This document shows, one piece after another, positions 6,126 through 17,017 of a DNA stretch of 30,771 nt; the stretch's first letter is position 1; the number at the start of each line of letters is the position of its first letter. This stretch comes from an uncultured Candidatus Saccharibacteria bacterium (GTDB taxonomy: Bacteria; Patescibacteriota; Saccharimonadia; Saccharimonadales; UBA4665). Under the pieces are notes generated by a model, which saw nothing but the letters and a program-made list of their open reading frames with translations, had not been told where the DNA came from and ran no database searches. A program made the position numbers and the translations under genes. The DNA lies in NCBI GenBank assembly GCA_964438085.1, contig CAYTIU010000001.1:1-30771 (forward strand), read 5' to 3'.

Positions 6126-8315
6126 TCAAGCTATCAAATGCCGCGCCAGCGCAAGCAGTGTAGCTATATCTTGCACTTGGTACTGGGCATCGGTATTGCC
6201 AAGCCCAACCTTAATCGTTACGGCGCGTTTAGGCAGGGTGGTAAACATGTCTTCATCGGTGTAATCATCTCCAGCACACAGTACAAAATCAGCAGGATAT
6301 TCTTTTAATAACCGTGCTGCTACCACCCCTTTATTGATCTGTTCTGGCTTAATCTCAATAACTTTATTGCCAGCGTATACCTTAATGTCTGTACCCGCAA
6401 CAACCGCTTGCAAGTCACGCCACACATTGACATTTCGGACATAGGCAAGCTCAGTCGGCACATTGCGATAATGCCATACCAGTGCATGGTCTTTTTCCTC
6501 AATTTCAGCGCCCGCCGTCCGGTTAGCGTATTGGCGCAGTACCGCCAAAAGCTCAGGTTTGTGGTGGCTAAAGCTACTCTGTGCATGCGCCCACTCAGCA
6601 GTACCAAATTTATACGCCGCACCGTGTTCAGCCACGAGCATAACCGGGTCATTACGAAACCACCCCTCGAGCGCGCTGCGCGTACGGCCGCTGATAATAC
6701 ACACTTTCGTGTTGGGTGTGTGCGCCAAAGAGCTCAATAAGCGTTTCAACGCTATAGAGGGTTTAGCTTTATTTGGGTCAGGACTGGAAACAAAACCCCG
6801 GAGCGTGCCATCATAGTCAAAAATCAATAAACGCTTATCGGCCTTGGTATATGCCTCTTTAATTTCGGAAAACGTATCGGCACGTAAGATTTTCTTTTGC
6901 TGTGAATGCTGATGGTCTTTGACAGCAGATAACTGTTCAATAAAATCCGCAGCCCAACGCTGCACTGTGTACGTCGCGATACGTTTACGCATCGCTCGCA
7001 GCTTTTGCCGCTTTTCTTTCTGCGACATCGCTAACGCTTCTTGAATACCGTTCTTTATAGATTGCCTGTCATTCGGGTTTACACGGATTGCTTCAGGCAG
7101 CTCATCAATCGCTCCAGCCAGCTCGCTCAAAATCAGCACGCCATCACCATAGGGTTTAGACGCAATATACTCTTTTGCTACAAGATTCATGCCGTCCCTG
7201 AGCGGCGTAACCAGCGCAATATCGGCACATGCATAGAGTGCAACAACTTGCTGAAACGGAAGATTCTTAAACTGGTATGACACAGGATTCCAGTCAACTG
7301 TTCCATACGTACCGTTGATGCGGCTCACAAGTTGCTCCACATCATCACGCAGCTCTTGGTACGTCTGAACTGCCGTACGCGAAGGTACAGCAACCATCAG
7401 TAAGGAAACTTTTTTATGCTGGGACAGATTTTCTTTCAGAAAGAGATCATATGCTTGCAAACGTTGCTTAATACCTTTTGTATAATCAAGCCGATCGACC
7501 GAAAGTATTATTTTCCTGCCTTGGTGCGTTTCTGTGATAGTCTGCATTTCAGCCTGGGTCTCTGGCTGCTTCAACGTCTCTTGAAACTTCTGGTAATCAA
7601 TACCTATTGGAAACGCATCGGCTAAAATTGTTCTGCCCTGGTAGTCAATCATGCCGTAACTACTCTCAACCCCGAGCATACGCAAACAACTACTCAAAAA
7701 ATGCCGGGCATAGTCGTAGATATGAAAGCCAATCAAATCAGCGCCAAGCATGCCGCGCAAAATCTCGCTGCGCTCTGGCAGCAACCTAAAGATCTCATAC
7801 GATGGAAAGGGAATATGTAAAAACAACCCTATGGTTGTGTGCGGCATTTTTTGCCGCAGCATCGCGGGCAATAATAGAAAATGATAATCGTGAATCCATA
7901 TTGTTGCGTGGCTATGTGCACACCGCTGTACAGCCTTTTTAAATAGCTTATGCGCTGTTTTATAAGCCTGCCAATACGTTTCGTCGTATTGCGCCGATTG
8001 TTGAAAATAATGAAACAACGGCCATAGCGTATCATTCGCATATCCTTCGTAAAACAGTTCGATCAATTCTTGCGGTAAATAAACCGGGTAGCAGTTTTTC
8101 TTACGCAAGGTTCTTGTAACCATACGCTTTTCGACTGGCGTCAACTCCTTAGGGTCAATCCCCGGCCAGCCAATCCATACCGTATCCGACACCTCAAGTG
8201 AAGACATTGCCGTTGCCAGACCGCCAGAACTTTCAGAAAACTTTAAAACGCCATCTTCTTTACGTACGGTTATCGGCAACCGATTTGAAACAATAATAAA
8301 TTTACGAGTACTCAC
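6126..8315 (-). CDS. otsAB: Bifunctional trehalose-6-phosphate synthase/phosphatase (OtsA-OtsB fusion)
   Basis: GT20 motifs VSNRLP, GGLA, WIHDYH, FLHIPFP, VDRLDYTKG and RDGMNLVAKE; HAD motifs DYDGTL, ISGR and GDDYTDEDMF. Confidence 0.95.
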   Translation of the reverse strand: MSTRKFIIVSNRLPITVRKEDGVLKFSESSGGLATAMSSLEVSDTVWIGWPGIDPKELTPVEKRMVTRTLRKKNCYPVYLPQELIELFYEGYANDTLWPLFHYFQQSAQYDETYWQAYKTAHKLFKKAVQRCAHSHATIWIHDYHFLLLPAMLRQKMPHTTIGLFLHIPFPSYEIFRLLPERSEILRGMLGADLIGFHIYDYARHFLSSCLRMLGVESSYGMIDYQGRTILADAFPIGIDYQKFQETLKQPETQAEMQTITETHQGRKIILSVDRLDYTKGIKQRLQAYDLFLKENLSQHKKVSLLMVAVPSRTAVQTYQELRDDVEQLVSRINGTYGTVDWNPVSYQFKNLPFQQVVALYACADIALVTPLRDGMNLVAKEYIASKPYGDGVLILSELAGAIDELPEAIRVNPNDRQSIKNGIQEALAMSQKEKRQKLRAMRKRIATYTVQRWAADFIEQLSAVKDHQHSQQKKILRADTFSEIKEAYTKADKRLLIFDYDGTLRGFVSSPDPNKAKPSIALKRLLSSLAHTPNTKVCIISGRTRSALEGWFRNDPVMLVAEHGAAYKFGTAEWAHAQSSFSHHKPELLAVLRQYANRTAGAEIEEKDHALVWHYRNVPTELAYVRNVNVWRDLQAVVAGTDIKVYAGNKVIEIKPEQINKGVVAARLLKEYPADFVLCAGDDYTDEDMFTTLPKRAVTIKVGLGNTDAQYQVQDIATLLALARHLIA

Positions 8316-8481
8316 GGATATATTATTCCTCTACGTTCTTAGCTTACAAACTCCATTCCGCTATAACTGTAAGAAATGATACTTATTTTTGCCATAATAC
8401 ACCTTATATACACAAATTATTGGTTGATATCCCCATAATTTGCCATAATATATGGGTACGTAAAACAGGAACCATCATTAC

Positions 8482-9678
8482 ATGGGAACACCCAAGAAGA
8501 AATCGTTAACTAAAACCCAGTCATACAATGCGATTATGAATACCGCTTACCAGCCAGCTTCCGCTGCCAGGCAAAGGAAGCGGCTTAACGGCTCAGAAGC
8601 ACCGGTTCAAGCCGCGCCGCGCCAAAAGGAAAGCAAGCGTTGGCTGACATGGAAAAAGGCAATTTTACTCCTTTTCCTACTTATATTGACCCCCTTTCTT
8701 GTTATTGGTATATGGGATTTGCATAATTTTTCAAATGCCACGCAAAAGCTCTTTGGAACAAGCAATGCATTTGGTATTCTTGCACACACACCGCCAGATA
8801 GCACTGACGGGCGCACCAATATATTGTTAGTAGGTTATTCCGCAGATGACCCTAACCATGGTGGAGCCACACTGACAGACTCAATCATGATACTAAGCAT
8901 GAATAAAGATAAGAAGTCCGGCTACATGCTCAGCGTACCAAGGGATCTATACGTTATGATTCCTGGACACGGCAGGGCAAAGATCAATGAAGCCTATCAA
9001 GACGGCGAACGAGCTGGATTTGCAGAAGAGGGCTATTCGCCAGGCGGTATCGGTTTGCTGGAAAAGGTGATTGCAGAAAACTTTGGTATTACTATTCATA
9101 ATTATGCGTTAATTGACTACGCAACCGTTCGAGGCGTCGTCGACGCGCTTGGCGGTGTGGCAGTTACGATTGATAGCCCTGATGAACGTGGTATTTACGA
9201 TCCAAATTTCCAACCAGAAGAGGGCGGACCACTAGAACTGAGTAACGGGCAGCATACTATAGATGGGCAAACTGCCCTCCGGCTCACGCGCGCCCGCGGT
9301 GCAACATACGGTTCATACGGTTTCCCGCAATCGGACTTTAACCGCACCCAAAACCAACAACAAGTGTTAGCTGCTATTAAAAATGAACTTAATTGGACGC
9401 TTGTATTAGACCCGCGTACAAACGGCAAAATATTTAGCGCTGTAGGCGATAATGTCAAAACAGACATTAAGCTCTCCGAAGTAATCCCGTTGTATCGGAT
9501 GTTCACAAGTATACCGAGCGATAAGCTGCAATCAGTAAGCCTCCATGATATTGATAAGAAGAATCTACTGCGCGGATACCAAACACCGTCCGGACAATCC
9601 GCAGTTATACCAGTGGCGGGTATATCTAACTATGACGACATTCAAGCTGCGATCGAACAGTTTAACACCACGTATTAA
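8482..9678 (+). CDS. LCP (LytR-CpsA-Psr) family cell-wall glycopolymer transferase
   Basis: Basic N-terminus and one TM, then NILLVG, TDSIMI, SVPRDLYV, KINEAY, LTRAR and DFNR. Confidence 0.92.
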   Translation: MGTPKKKSLTKTQSYNAIMNTAYQPASAARQRKRLNGSEAPVQAAPRQKESKRWLTWKKAILLLFLLILTPFLVIGIWDLHNFSNATQKLFGTSNAFGILAHTPPDSTDGRTNILLVGYSADDPNHGGATLTDSIMILSMNKDKKSGYMLSVPRDLYVMIPGHGRAKINEAYQDGERAGFAEEGYSPGGIGLLEKVIAENFGITIHNYALIDYATVRGVVDALGGVAVTIDSPDERGIYDPNFQPEEGGPLELSNGQHTIDGQTALRLTRARGATYGSYGFPQSDFNRTQNQQQVLAAIKNELNWTLVLDPRTNGKIFSAVGDNVKTDIKLSEVIPLYRMFTSIPSDKLQSVSLHDIDKKNLLRGYQTPSGQSAVIPVAGISNYDDIQAAIEQFNTTY

Positions 9679-9696
9679 TTTAGTTACGTTAATTAA

Positions 9697-10785
9697 TTAC
9701 TTAGCAGGTTTAGCTTTTGGCGCTGAAGCTGTCTTCTGTACGTTCACGTACGTTTGAATTGTCGTAACAATTAAAATCATAATGACTGGCCCAATAACAA
9801 TACCAAGAAAACCGAACATTGTAAGTCCAGCAAAAACTGAAACTAACATTAGTGCTGAGTCTAAGCGCGCCGTTTTTGGCACTAAACGCGGGCGCAAAAT
9901 ATTATCAACATTGGTAACAAGAATAATATGGCCGAGTATTACAAGTAAGCCGCCCCAAATATTGCCGAATAGCATCATGACAATACCGATTGGGATAGTA
10001 ACGATACCACTCCCTAGCGGAATTATTGACAGTAAACTCAATATCAGCAAAAACACGAAGAAGGCTTCGTGAATACCACCAATATAAATTGTCAGAGCGC
10101 CGACAGTACCTTGGCAAAGGGCAATGATAAATTGGCCGCCAACAGTGCCGCGAACCATAGCAGCGGTTTTCTCTAAGTACGCATCAGATACTTCGTCGCC
10201 AAGCGGGTTTAACTTCTTAAATAGCGTCACGATTTTATCGTGGTTTATAAGCAATGATAAAAAGATATAGATATAAATGATAACACCCGTAATCAGCCCA
10301 AAGACACTTGTAAGAGAATTCGTAATGTAGTTAAGTAACGCGGCTCCTGCTGTTTGCGCTAACGAGGTAAGATTATCGGTCAAAGATTCTGTGGAGACCT
10401 TGTAATCAACAAACGGTATCGACGCTAATATGCCATTAATAAAATCGATAACTTCATCGCCAAGCTTTGATATATCAGTTCCATGCAAAACATCGCCCAC
10501 ATATCCTGCCACATGTGTCAGCTGCGCAACACAAAGAGCAATAATCAGCGCGACCGGAATCACTACTGCGAGCAGCGAGGCTAATAATGTAACTGCAGCT
10601 GCACTGCCACGAGACATTCTTTTCTGAAGCCGTTTGTATAAGGGTGCGAATGTATAGCCAATAACAGCCGCTAATACAAAGGTAGTAAAGTAGTCACGCA
10701 AGAAATAAGCTGCAAACACAAGAGAAATAACAGTAGCGATAGTAAGTGCTTTCTTTTGGGATTGCGTAATTGATGTATAGGTCAT
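9697..10785 (-). CDS. AI-2E family transporter (UPF0118)
   Basis: Multi-TM 362 aa with family motifs F.P.Y..L, SIIPLGS, DNILRP and G.F.G...GPV. Confidence 0.9.
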   Translation of the reverse strand: MTYTSITQSQKKALTIATVISLVFAAYFLRDYFTTFVLAAVIGYTFAPLYKRLQKRMSRGSAAAVTLLASLLAVVIPVALIIALCVAQLTHVAGYVGDVLHGTDISKLGDEVIDFINGILASIPFVDYKVSTESLTDNLTSLAQTAGAALLNYITNSLTSVFGLITGVIIYIYIFLSLLINHDKIVTLFKKLNPLGDEVSDAYLEKTAAMVRGTVGGQFIIALCQGTVGALTIYIGGIHEAFFVFLLILSLLSIIPLGSGIVTIPIGIVMMLFGNIWGGLLVILGHIILVTNVDNILRPRLVPKTARLDSALMLVSVFAGLTMFGFLGIVIGPVIMILIVTTIQTYVNVQKTASAPKAKPAK

Positions 10786-10880
10786 ATCTGACGAGTCTTT
10801 TATATTGTTAGCTTACTGCATTAGATATAAAATTACTAGAGGCTTGCTATTAAGAATTAAACTGTATAATAGCTCTTATA

Positions 10881-11642
10881 ATGAGTGGTGAATTTACACT
10901 TCCGGTAACCTATGACTTGATCGCAACTGTACTGTTTGCGGCTACTGGGGCGCTTTTGGCAGTCAAAAAAGGCTACGACGTACTTGGCATGGCACTGATC
11001 GCTATCATTAGCGGTGCGGGCGGCGGTATTATTCGTGATGCAGTCTTTCTTAATATCCAACCCGCATTTATTACAAATTGGCGCTATATTGCTGCCGTCT
11101 TGATTGGCGGAGGGCTTGTCATTGTTGCGCGCTCCCTCTTTAAAACTGCTTTTGTTGGTAACCTTGTCATGCTTGTTGACGCACTTAGTATTGGTATGTA
11201 TGGCGTGTTTGCGACTCAAAAATCGTTAACATTTGGATTGAGCGTATTTGCTGCGGCAGTTGTGGGCGTCGTTGCTGCTACCGGAGGTGGGTTGATACGA
11301 GATGTTTTACTCCGCCAAGACCCAAGAAATCTCTTACCCGGCCAACTCTACGGCATACTCGCCGTGATCGGGGTACTTATATTCTTAACTGTTGACATAT
11401 ATTTTGGCACTAACTCACACGTTGCAGCGTGGATAGCAATCATTACTGTGTTTATTACGCGCCTGCTTGCTATTAAATTTAACTGGCGTACCCGCGCTGT
11501 TATAGACATGAGCGATCCAAGCGAGCTGCTTGTTAACCAAATGAGGCCTTTTCCGCATACGTTCAAAGGCCCCTTATACAAAACTGAAAACGCAATTCCA
11601 GTAAGAGAAAAGGAAGCCAAACGCCGCCCAGACCATGAGTAA
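10881..11642 (+). CDS. TRIC / UPF0126 (YadS-like) membrane protein
   Basis: Duplicated repeat: FAATGA...[11 protein letters not shown] and [10 protein letters not shown]...[11 protein letters not shown]. Confidence 0.9.
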   Translation: MSGEFTLPVTYDLIATVLFAATGALLAVKKGYDVLGMALIAIISGAGGGIIRDAVFLNIQPAFITNWRYIAAVLIGGGLVIVARSLFKTAFVGNLVMLVDALSIGMYGVFATQKSLTFGLSVFAAAVVGVVAATGGGLIRDVLLRQDPRNLLPGQLYGILAVIGVLIFLTVDIYFGTNSHVAAWIAIITVFITRLLAIKFNWRTRAVIDMSDPSELLVNQMRPFPHTFKGPLYKTENAIPVREKEAKRRPDHE

Positions 11643-12450
11643 GAAACTTACTATCTACGGCAGCCGACTAGACCGTATCGATACATTTGTACTAGCCGGA
11701 GTCATGACAATATTCATAACTAGGGCATTTTTGGCTATCGCAGACTATCCAAAGATCGGCGATGACTCACTCCATATTGCACACGTTTTGTTTGGTGGTA
11801 TTTTCTTAACTATGGCATTTTTGCTGTTGCTACTCGCAGATAAGCCCAATAAGCTGTTCGCGAGCCTCCTCGGCGGCATTGGCTTTGGGTTGTTTATAGA
11901 CGAAGTTGGTAAATTTGTTACCAACGACAACGATTATTTCTACCAGCCAGCTGTCGGTATTATGTATGTGTCGTTTTTGCTCATTTGGTTTATATGTAGA
12001 CTTATTATTGTCCGTAACGAAAAGCTGCCTTTCTTATCTCCGGCTGAATGGCCGGATAAACTTTGGATGAAGCAGCTTATTATTGGCTGGAGTATTATCC
12101 AGGTTATTGTAGGTGTAACAGTTTTAGCTATTGTAATTATAGGCGGGCTCAGCTCGGCAAATGAGCTATTACGCATCACTATACTCGGCATTATAAGCGG
12201 GCTTATCTATGCTGGCGCTGTAGCACGCGGCATATACCAATACTATTATCGTAATATAAGCGATGCCGCCCACACGCTGCGCGGGGCAACGCTGTTTTGT
12301 ATTGTGGCATTTTATCCGTTTCTGTATTTTAAATATCCGCTCGAGGCAACGGTTGGGCTATTGCCAACATTCTTGGTAGCAATTGGCTTGTCAGAGATTT
12401 CCGTCGTAAGCTTACTAAAGAAATTACTGCTCAAACAACACAAACTGTAA
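11635..12450 (+). CDS. Conserved-looking hypothetical multi-pass membrane protein
   Basis: About 8 hydrophobic segments with polar motifs [10 protein letters not shown] and [22 protein letters not shown]. Its start overlaps the upstream stop by 8 nt. Confidence 0.75.
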   Translation: MSKKLTIYGSRLDRIDTFVLAGVMTIFITRAFLAIADYPKIGDDSLHIAHVLFGGIFLTMAFLLLLLADKPNKLFASLLGGIGFGLFIDEVGKFVTNDNDYFYQPAVGIMYVSFLLIWFICRLIIVRNEKLPFLSPAEWPDKLWMKQLIIGWSIIQVIVGVTVLAIVIIGGLSSANELLRITILGIISGLIYAGAVARGIYQYYYRNISDAAHTLRGATLFCIVAFYPFLYFKYPLEATVGLLPTFLVAIGLSEISVVSLLKKLLLKQHKL

Positions 12451-12513
12451 CATAGGTTATATCGCACAATTCTTTTGTTGGTATACTAAGGATATATAAG
12501 CGGAGGGAATTTT

Positions 12514-13107
12514 ATGTTTACACTACCAGATTTGACGTATAACTACGATGCGTTAGGAAAATATATCAGTAAAGATATCATGGAGCTGCACCACAGCAAG
12601 CATCACCAGACATATGTTGATAAATTAAATGCCGCACTCGAAAAAGCGCCCGAACTACAAGATAGGCCGCTTGCTGAACTTATTAGTAATCTCGATGCAG
12701 TACCTGAACAGATACGCGTAGCGGTGCGTAATCATGGCGGCGGACATTATAATCACACGCAATTTTGGCAATGGATGTCTCCAGAAGGCGGCGGCGAGCC
12801 AACTGGCGAACTAGCAGAGGCACTAAAAGAAAAATATGGCAGCTACCAGCAGTTTATTGACGCTTTCAAAGAAAAAGCACTGGGTGTTTTTGGTAGCGGC
12901 TGGGCATGGCTACAACCCGACCTATCTATTACAACCACCGCAAACCAGGATTCGCCAATTATGACAGGTGATAAGGAGCCGCTCCTCGGGCTTGATGTAT
13001 GGGAGCATGCTTACTACCTTGATTACACCTACAATCGAGGTGACTACATTGATGCGTGGTGGCATGTTGTAAACTGGCAAGAAGTAAGCCAGCGATTCGG
13101 TAGATAA
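12514..13107 (+). CDS. sodA: Superoxide dismutase, Mn/Fe family, Mn-type signature
   Basis: HHSKHH, NHGGGHYNH, NQD and DVWEHAYY motifs. Extended -10 TGG-TATACT (12479-12487) and SD GGAGG (12502-12506). Confidence 0.95.
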   Translation: MFTLPDLTYNYDALGKYISKDIMELHHSKHHQTYVDKLNAALEKAPELQDRPLAELISNLDAVPEQIRVAVRNHGGGHYNHTQFWQWMSPEGGGEPTGELAEALKEKYGSYQQFIDAFKEKALGVFGSGWAWLQPDLSITTTANQDSPIMTGDKEPLLGLDVWEHAYYLDYTYNRGDYIDAWWHVVNWQEVSQRFGR

Positions 13108-13120
13108 TCGCAGGCCAAGC

Positions 13121-14065
13121 TTAGATATATTGCTTTTTTTGAATATATAAAAATGCAAAAATTCCCGGTATAATCGGCAGCCAGTACGATGCCAGCCTGT
13201 AACTTAAGGCTATTGCCAGTGCTACGCCGCTATCAATGCCGTAGGCAACAAGCACTGCGGTAATGCCCGCTTCTGCGCCCAACACTCCGCCGGGCGTTGG
13301 TGTAACTGTTGCCGCAAATACGCCGCCAGAAAGTATAATAAGTATCGTTTCCAGGGGCAGAGTAACCGAGAAAGCTCTCATGACAAGCGTCAGTGCTAGC
13401 GCATGAAGCAGCGTATTGAGCATGGCGCACACGAGCGCACGGCTCACTGCCAGCTTTCGGGTTCTGTATAGTAATAGTGTTGCGAGTAACTGATGGAAAA
13501 AGCTGCTAATCCGCCCAGATGGTTTGTTACGATAAAAGATAACAAACAAGAGTCCTGCAATGCCGGTAACTACAGCTGCATATATCCCTATCTTTTGCAT
13601 ATCCAGCGTATGCTCGGGCAAAATGCTCATTCCAAAAACAAGCAGCACAAGAATAACAAGCATAATATGGGCACAAAGCCCTACAGCTGTGTTCATAGCA
13701 ACCACTGCAGATGAGCGAGCGAGCGTATGGTGCTGTTTATATAGAAAGCGTATAAAAAGGCTGATTCCGCCAATTCCTGCCGGTACAAGCCGGTTAATAA
13801 ACATGCCGGCATACTGTACAAGCGCTAATCTAGAAAATCGAATCGGCTTAAAAATTAACTGGCTATACGTCAAGGCAGCACTTAAGCCAGCGAGTAGTAT
13901 TGCCGCATAGGCAGCAACGATAAACTCAACTCGAGCCGTTTTAATGGCAGTAATACTGTTATGAAACTGCCCGAGCTGCGGAATAAGCACATATGCCGCA
14001 AGTACAATAATGATAAAAAATACAAGTTGACGCCAGTTGGCCTGAATAAGAGGTTTTTGTTTCAT
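13121..14065 (-). CDS. Flippase-like / lysylphosphatidylglycerol synthase TM domain protein (UPF0104)
   Basis: Multi-TM; N...PAG.GG, TPGG.G.AEA and LSYRL..YW.P..PG motifs. Confidence 0.85.
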   Translation of the reverse strand: MKQKPLIQANWRQLVFFIIIVLAAYVLIPQLGQFHNSITAIKTARVEFIVAAYAAILLAGLSAALTYSQLIFKPIRFSRLALVQYAGMFINRLVPAGIGGISLFIRFLYKQHHTLARSSAVVAMNTAVGLCAHIMLVILVLLVFGMSILPEHTLDMQKIGIYAAVVTGIAGLLFVIFYRNKPSGRISSFFHQLLATLLLYRTRKLAVSRALVCAMLNTLLHALALTLVMRAFSVTLPLETILIILSGGVFAATVTPTPGGVLGAEAGITAVLVAYGIDSGVALAIALSYRLASYWLPIIPGIFAFLYIQKKQYI

Positions 14066-14140
14066 AATGACACGTATAGTATAGCAAAACTTACCTGCAT
14101 ACTACGCAATACTAAGCGCTTATGCTATCATTATAGTAAT

Positions 14141-15037
14141 GTGAAACGTAATCTCTATCGGTTATTCTTAGGGGGGCTGTGCGTACTTGGTGCGTACCTT
14201 TTGTACTGGGTGTACCAAAACTGGCACATGCTAGATGTCTTAAATCCGGCCGGCTCTATTGCCAGCGATCAGCGTAATATATTATTTTTCGCGTGCGCAC
14301 TAAGCCTTATTGTGATTGTGCCGGTGTTTATCTTAATCTTCTTTATAGCCTGGAGATACCGCGATACCAACAAGAAACAGGTGAAGTATTTGCCAAAATG
14401 GGATCATAACCATAAGCTTGAAGCTATCTGGTGGGGAATTCCGATTATTTTAATCCTTATTCTAGCTGTTGTCACTTGGGTTAGTTCACATGCACTCGAC
14501 CCATATAAACCACTTGCTTCCACAAAGAAACCGCTCACTGTCCAAGTTGTTGCGCTCGACTGGAAATGGCTGTTTATCTACCCTGAGCAGGGAGTTGCGT
14601 CTGTTGGACACCTCGAGATACCTGAAGAAACGCCTATTAATTTCTTGATAACTTCAGATGCACCAATGAACTCTTTCTGGATACCTAAGCTCGGCGGACA
14701 AGTCTATGCTATGGCAGGTATGCAAACAAAACTCCATTTGATTGCTAATGAAACTGGCACCTATAATGGCATGTCTGCAAACATCAGCGGCGAGGGGTTT
14801 GCACATATGCGATTTACCGTGAACTCCGTAACTGAGGGTAAATTTGGCGAATGGGTGAATAATACGCGCCACTCACAAAATATTTTGAACAAGCAAACCT
14901 ATGAAGAGCTTGCTAAACCAAGTATCAAGCACCCAGTAACTCTCTACTCTTCGGTTGAGCCAGGCCTGTATGATACAGTGTTAATGAAATACATGGCTCC
15001 GCCAGCAGATAAGCGGGAGGAGAGCAGTAATGACTAA
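14141..15037 (+). CDS. cyoA: Cytochrome bo3 quinol oxidase subunit II
   Basis: LNPAG, WKWLFIYP, MNSFWIPKLGGQVYAM and SANISGEGF; no CuA Cys/His motif. GTG 14141 is preferred over the track ATG 13961, which overlaps the divergent gene. Confidence 0.95.
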   Translation: MKRNLYRLFLGGLCVLGAYLLYWVYQNWHMLDVLNPAGSIASDQRNILFFACALSLIVIVPVFILIFFIAWRYRDTNKKQVKYLPKWDHNHKLEAIWWGIPIILILILAVVTWVSSHALDPYKPLASTKKPLTVQVVALDWKWLFIYPEQGVASVGHLEIPEETPINFLITSDAPMNSFWIPKLGGQVYAMAGMQTKLHLIANETGTYNGMSANISGEGFAHMRFTVNSVTEGKFGEWVNNTRHSQNILNKQTYEELAKPSIKHPVTLYSSVEPGLYDTVLMKYMAPPADKREESSND

Positions 15038-15055
15038 AGAAAAACAGGGGACACT

Positions 15056-17017
15056 ATGCTAGGGCGACTAACTTGGGATGCATTACCGCATGACATGATT
15101 GTACTTGGCGGCGCTGTATCAATGATACTTGGTGCGCTTACAGTTATCGCTGCCTTAACGTACTTTAAAAAATGGAAATGGCTCTGGAAAAACTGGATTA
15201 CTTCTCTCGATCCGAAGAAAATCGGTATTATGTACGCCATTGTTTCAGGCTTGATGCTCCTTCGCGGCGCAACCGATGCCGCAATGATGCGGACACAGCA
15301 AATCCTTTCAACTGGCGATTCCCAAGGCATATTAAGCTCCGACCATTTCCAGCAAGTATTCTCCGCACACGGTACCATTATGATTTTCTTTGTTGCCATG
15401 GGGCTTATCTTTGCGGTTATGAACTTGATCGTACCACTACAGATAGGCGCCCGCGACGTAGCGTTTCCGTTTATGAACTCAGTGAGTTTCTGGTTGTTTG
15501 CAGCTGGCATGTTGCTCGTAAACCTTTCGTTAATGCTCGGTGAGTTTTCGGCGGCTGGTTGGCTAGCATACCCTCCATTATCCGGGCTCGAGTACAGCCC
15601 GGGCGTTGGTGTTGATTATTGGCTCTGGGCACTCCAGATTGCTGGGGTAGGAAGCTTGCTGTCAGGTATAAATTTCTTTGTGACTATACTCAAAATGCGC
15701 GCCCCAGGTATGACACTCATGAAAATGCCAATATTTGTTTGGAGTATCGTAGGTAGCGTTATATTGATCATGGCTGCATTTCCTATCCTAACCGCAACAC
15801 TAGGTATGCTCTCGCTTGATAGGCTACTCGGCATGCATTTCTTTACCTCAGGCTCCGGCGGCAATCCAATGATGTATATTAACTTGATTTGGGCGTGGGG
15901 ACACCCAGAAGTATATATTTTAGTGTTACCAGCGTTTGGAATTTTCTCAGAAGTAGTAGCCACATTCTCTGGTAAGCGATTGTTTGGCTACACCTCGATG
16001 GTTTGGGCAATTGCTGCTATTACATTCTTGTCATTCACCGTATGGCTCCATCACTTCTTCACTATGGGTTCTGGTGCTAATGTGAACGCTTTCTTCGGTA
16101 TTATGACGATGATTATTGCCGTTCCAACGGGTGTAAAAGTCTTTAACTGGCTCTTTACTATGTACCGCGGAAAAGTACGCTTTAAAACACCAATGCTTTG
16201 GTTTATGGGTTTTGTGACGTGCTTTACTATTGGTGGCGTAACAGGCGTACTTTTGGCTGTGCCAGCGATTGATTTTCAGGTACACAACAGCCTATTCCTT
16301 GTTGCACATTTCCATAACATGATTATCCCTGGAGTAGTGTTTGGTATGTTTGCCGGGCTTACCTATTGGTGGCCGAAATTCACTGGCTTTACGCTCAATG
16401 AAACACTCGGGAAATGTGCATTCTGGTGCTGGTTCGTTGGGTTCTTGTTGGCATTCATGCCGCTGTACGTACTTGGCTTTATGGGTGCTACAAGGCGAAT
16501 TGATCATTACGATGCATCGCTTGGCTGGCAGCCGCTCTTTATTGTTGCCGCTATTGGCGTAGCCGTTATCGGACTGGGTGTTGCATTCCAAATAGTACAA
16601 CTTGGCTACAGCATTTGGAAACGTAACGAAAACCGCGTCGGTGATGACCCATGGAACGCACGCACGCTCGAATGGAGCACCAGCTCGCCACCACCAGCTT
16701 ATAACTTTGCCACCTTGCCACAGGTAACCGAACGTGATGCGTTCTGGGAGATGAAAGAAAGCACGAAGAAACCTGATAAGCAAAAAATACAAGATATAGA
16801 AATGCCCAAAGATACTGGTGCCGGATTTATTATTGCCACCTTTTCACTTGTAGCTGGTTTTGCACTGGTGTGGCATATTTGGTGGTTGGCGCTTGTTGGC
16901 CTCGTTGGCATCATAACAACGCTCATAATTCACTTATCAAAAGACGATTTCGAGCACACAATAACTGCTAAAGAAATTTCCGCCACAGAGGCAGTGGCAA
17001 AAAGGAAGCACGCATGA
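15056..17017 (+). CDS. cyoB: Cytochrome bo3 quinol oxidase subunit I
   Basis: Heme/Cu ligands in SAHG, WGHPEVY, WLHH and AHFH; quinone-site motifs RGATD and HFQQ; proton-channel residues in RDVAFP and TGVK. Confidence 0.98.
   Translation: MLGRLTWDALPHDMIVLGGAVSMILGALTVIAALTYFKKWKWLWKNWITSLDPKKIGIMYAIVSGLMLLRGATDAAMMRTQQILSTGDSQGILSSDHFQQVFSAHGTIMIFFVAMGLIFAVMNLIVPLQIGARDVAFPFMNSVSFWLFAAGMLLVNLSLMLGEFSAAGWLAYPPLSGLEYSPGVGVDYWLWALQIAGVGSLLSGINFFVTILKMRAPGMTLMKMPIFVWSIVGSVILIMAAFPILTATLGMLSLDRLLGMHFFTSGSGGNPMMYINLIWAWGHPEVYILVLPAFGIFSEVVATFSGKRLFGYTSMVWAIAAITFLSFTVWLHHFFTMGSGANVNAFFGIMTMIIAVPTGVKVFNWLFTMYRGKVRFKTPMLWFMGFVTCFTIGGVTGVLLAVPAIDFQVHNSLFLVAHFHNMIIPGVVFGMFAGLTYWWPKFTGFTLNETLGKCAFWCWFVGFLLAFMPLYVLGFMGATRRIDHYDASLGWQPLFIVAAIGVAVIGLGVAFQIVQLGYSIWKRNENRVGDDPWNARTLEWSTSSPPPAYNFATLPQVTERDAFWEMKESTKKPDKQKIQDIEMPKDTGAGFIIATFSLVAGFALVWHIWWLALVGLVGIITTLIIHLSKDDFEHTITAKEISATEAVAKRKHA

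Noticed and set aside
9310-9365. LCP motif DFNRTQNQQ lacking the second Arg of D..R..RQ
   Set aside because: All other LCP motifs are intact, and I cannot show this falls outside normal family variation.
13961-14140. 60-aa N-terminal extension of CyoA
   Set aside because: It overlaps the divergent gene and both promoters and has no similarity to CyoA.
17014-17017. Possible TGA recoding (code 25) as in Gracilibacteria/Absconditabacteria
   Set aside because: TGA ends cyoB at the expected position with an ATGA overlap, and no conserved gene has an in-frame TGA.
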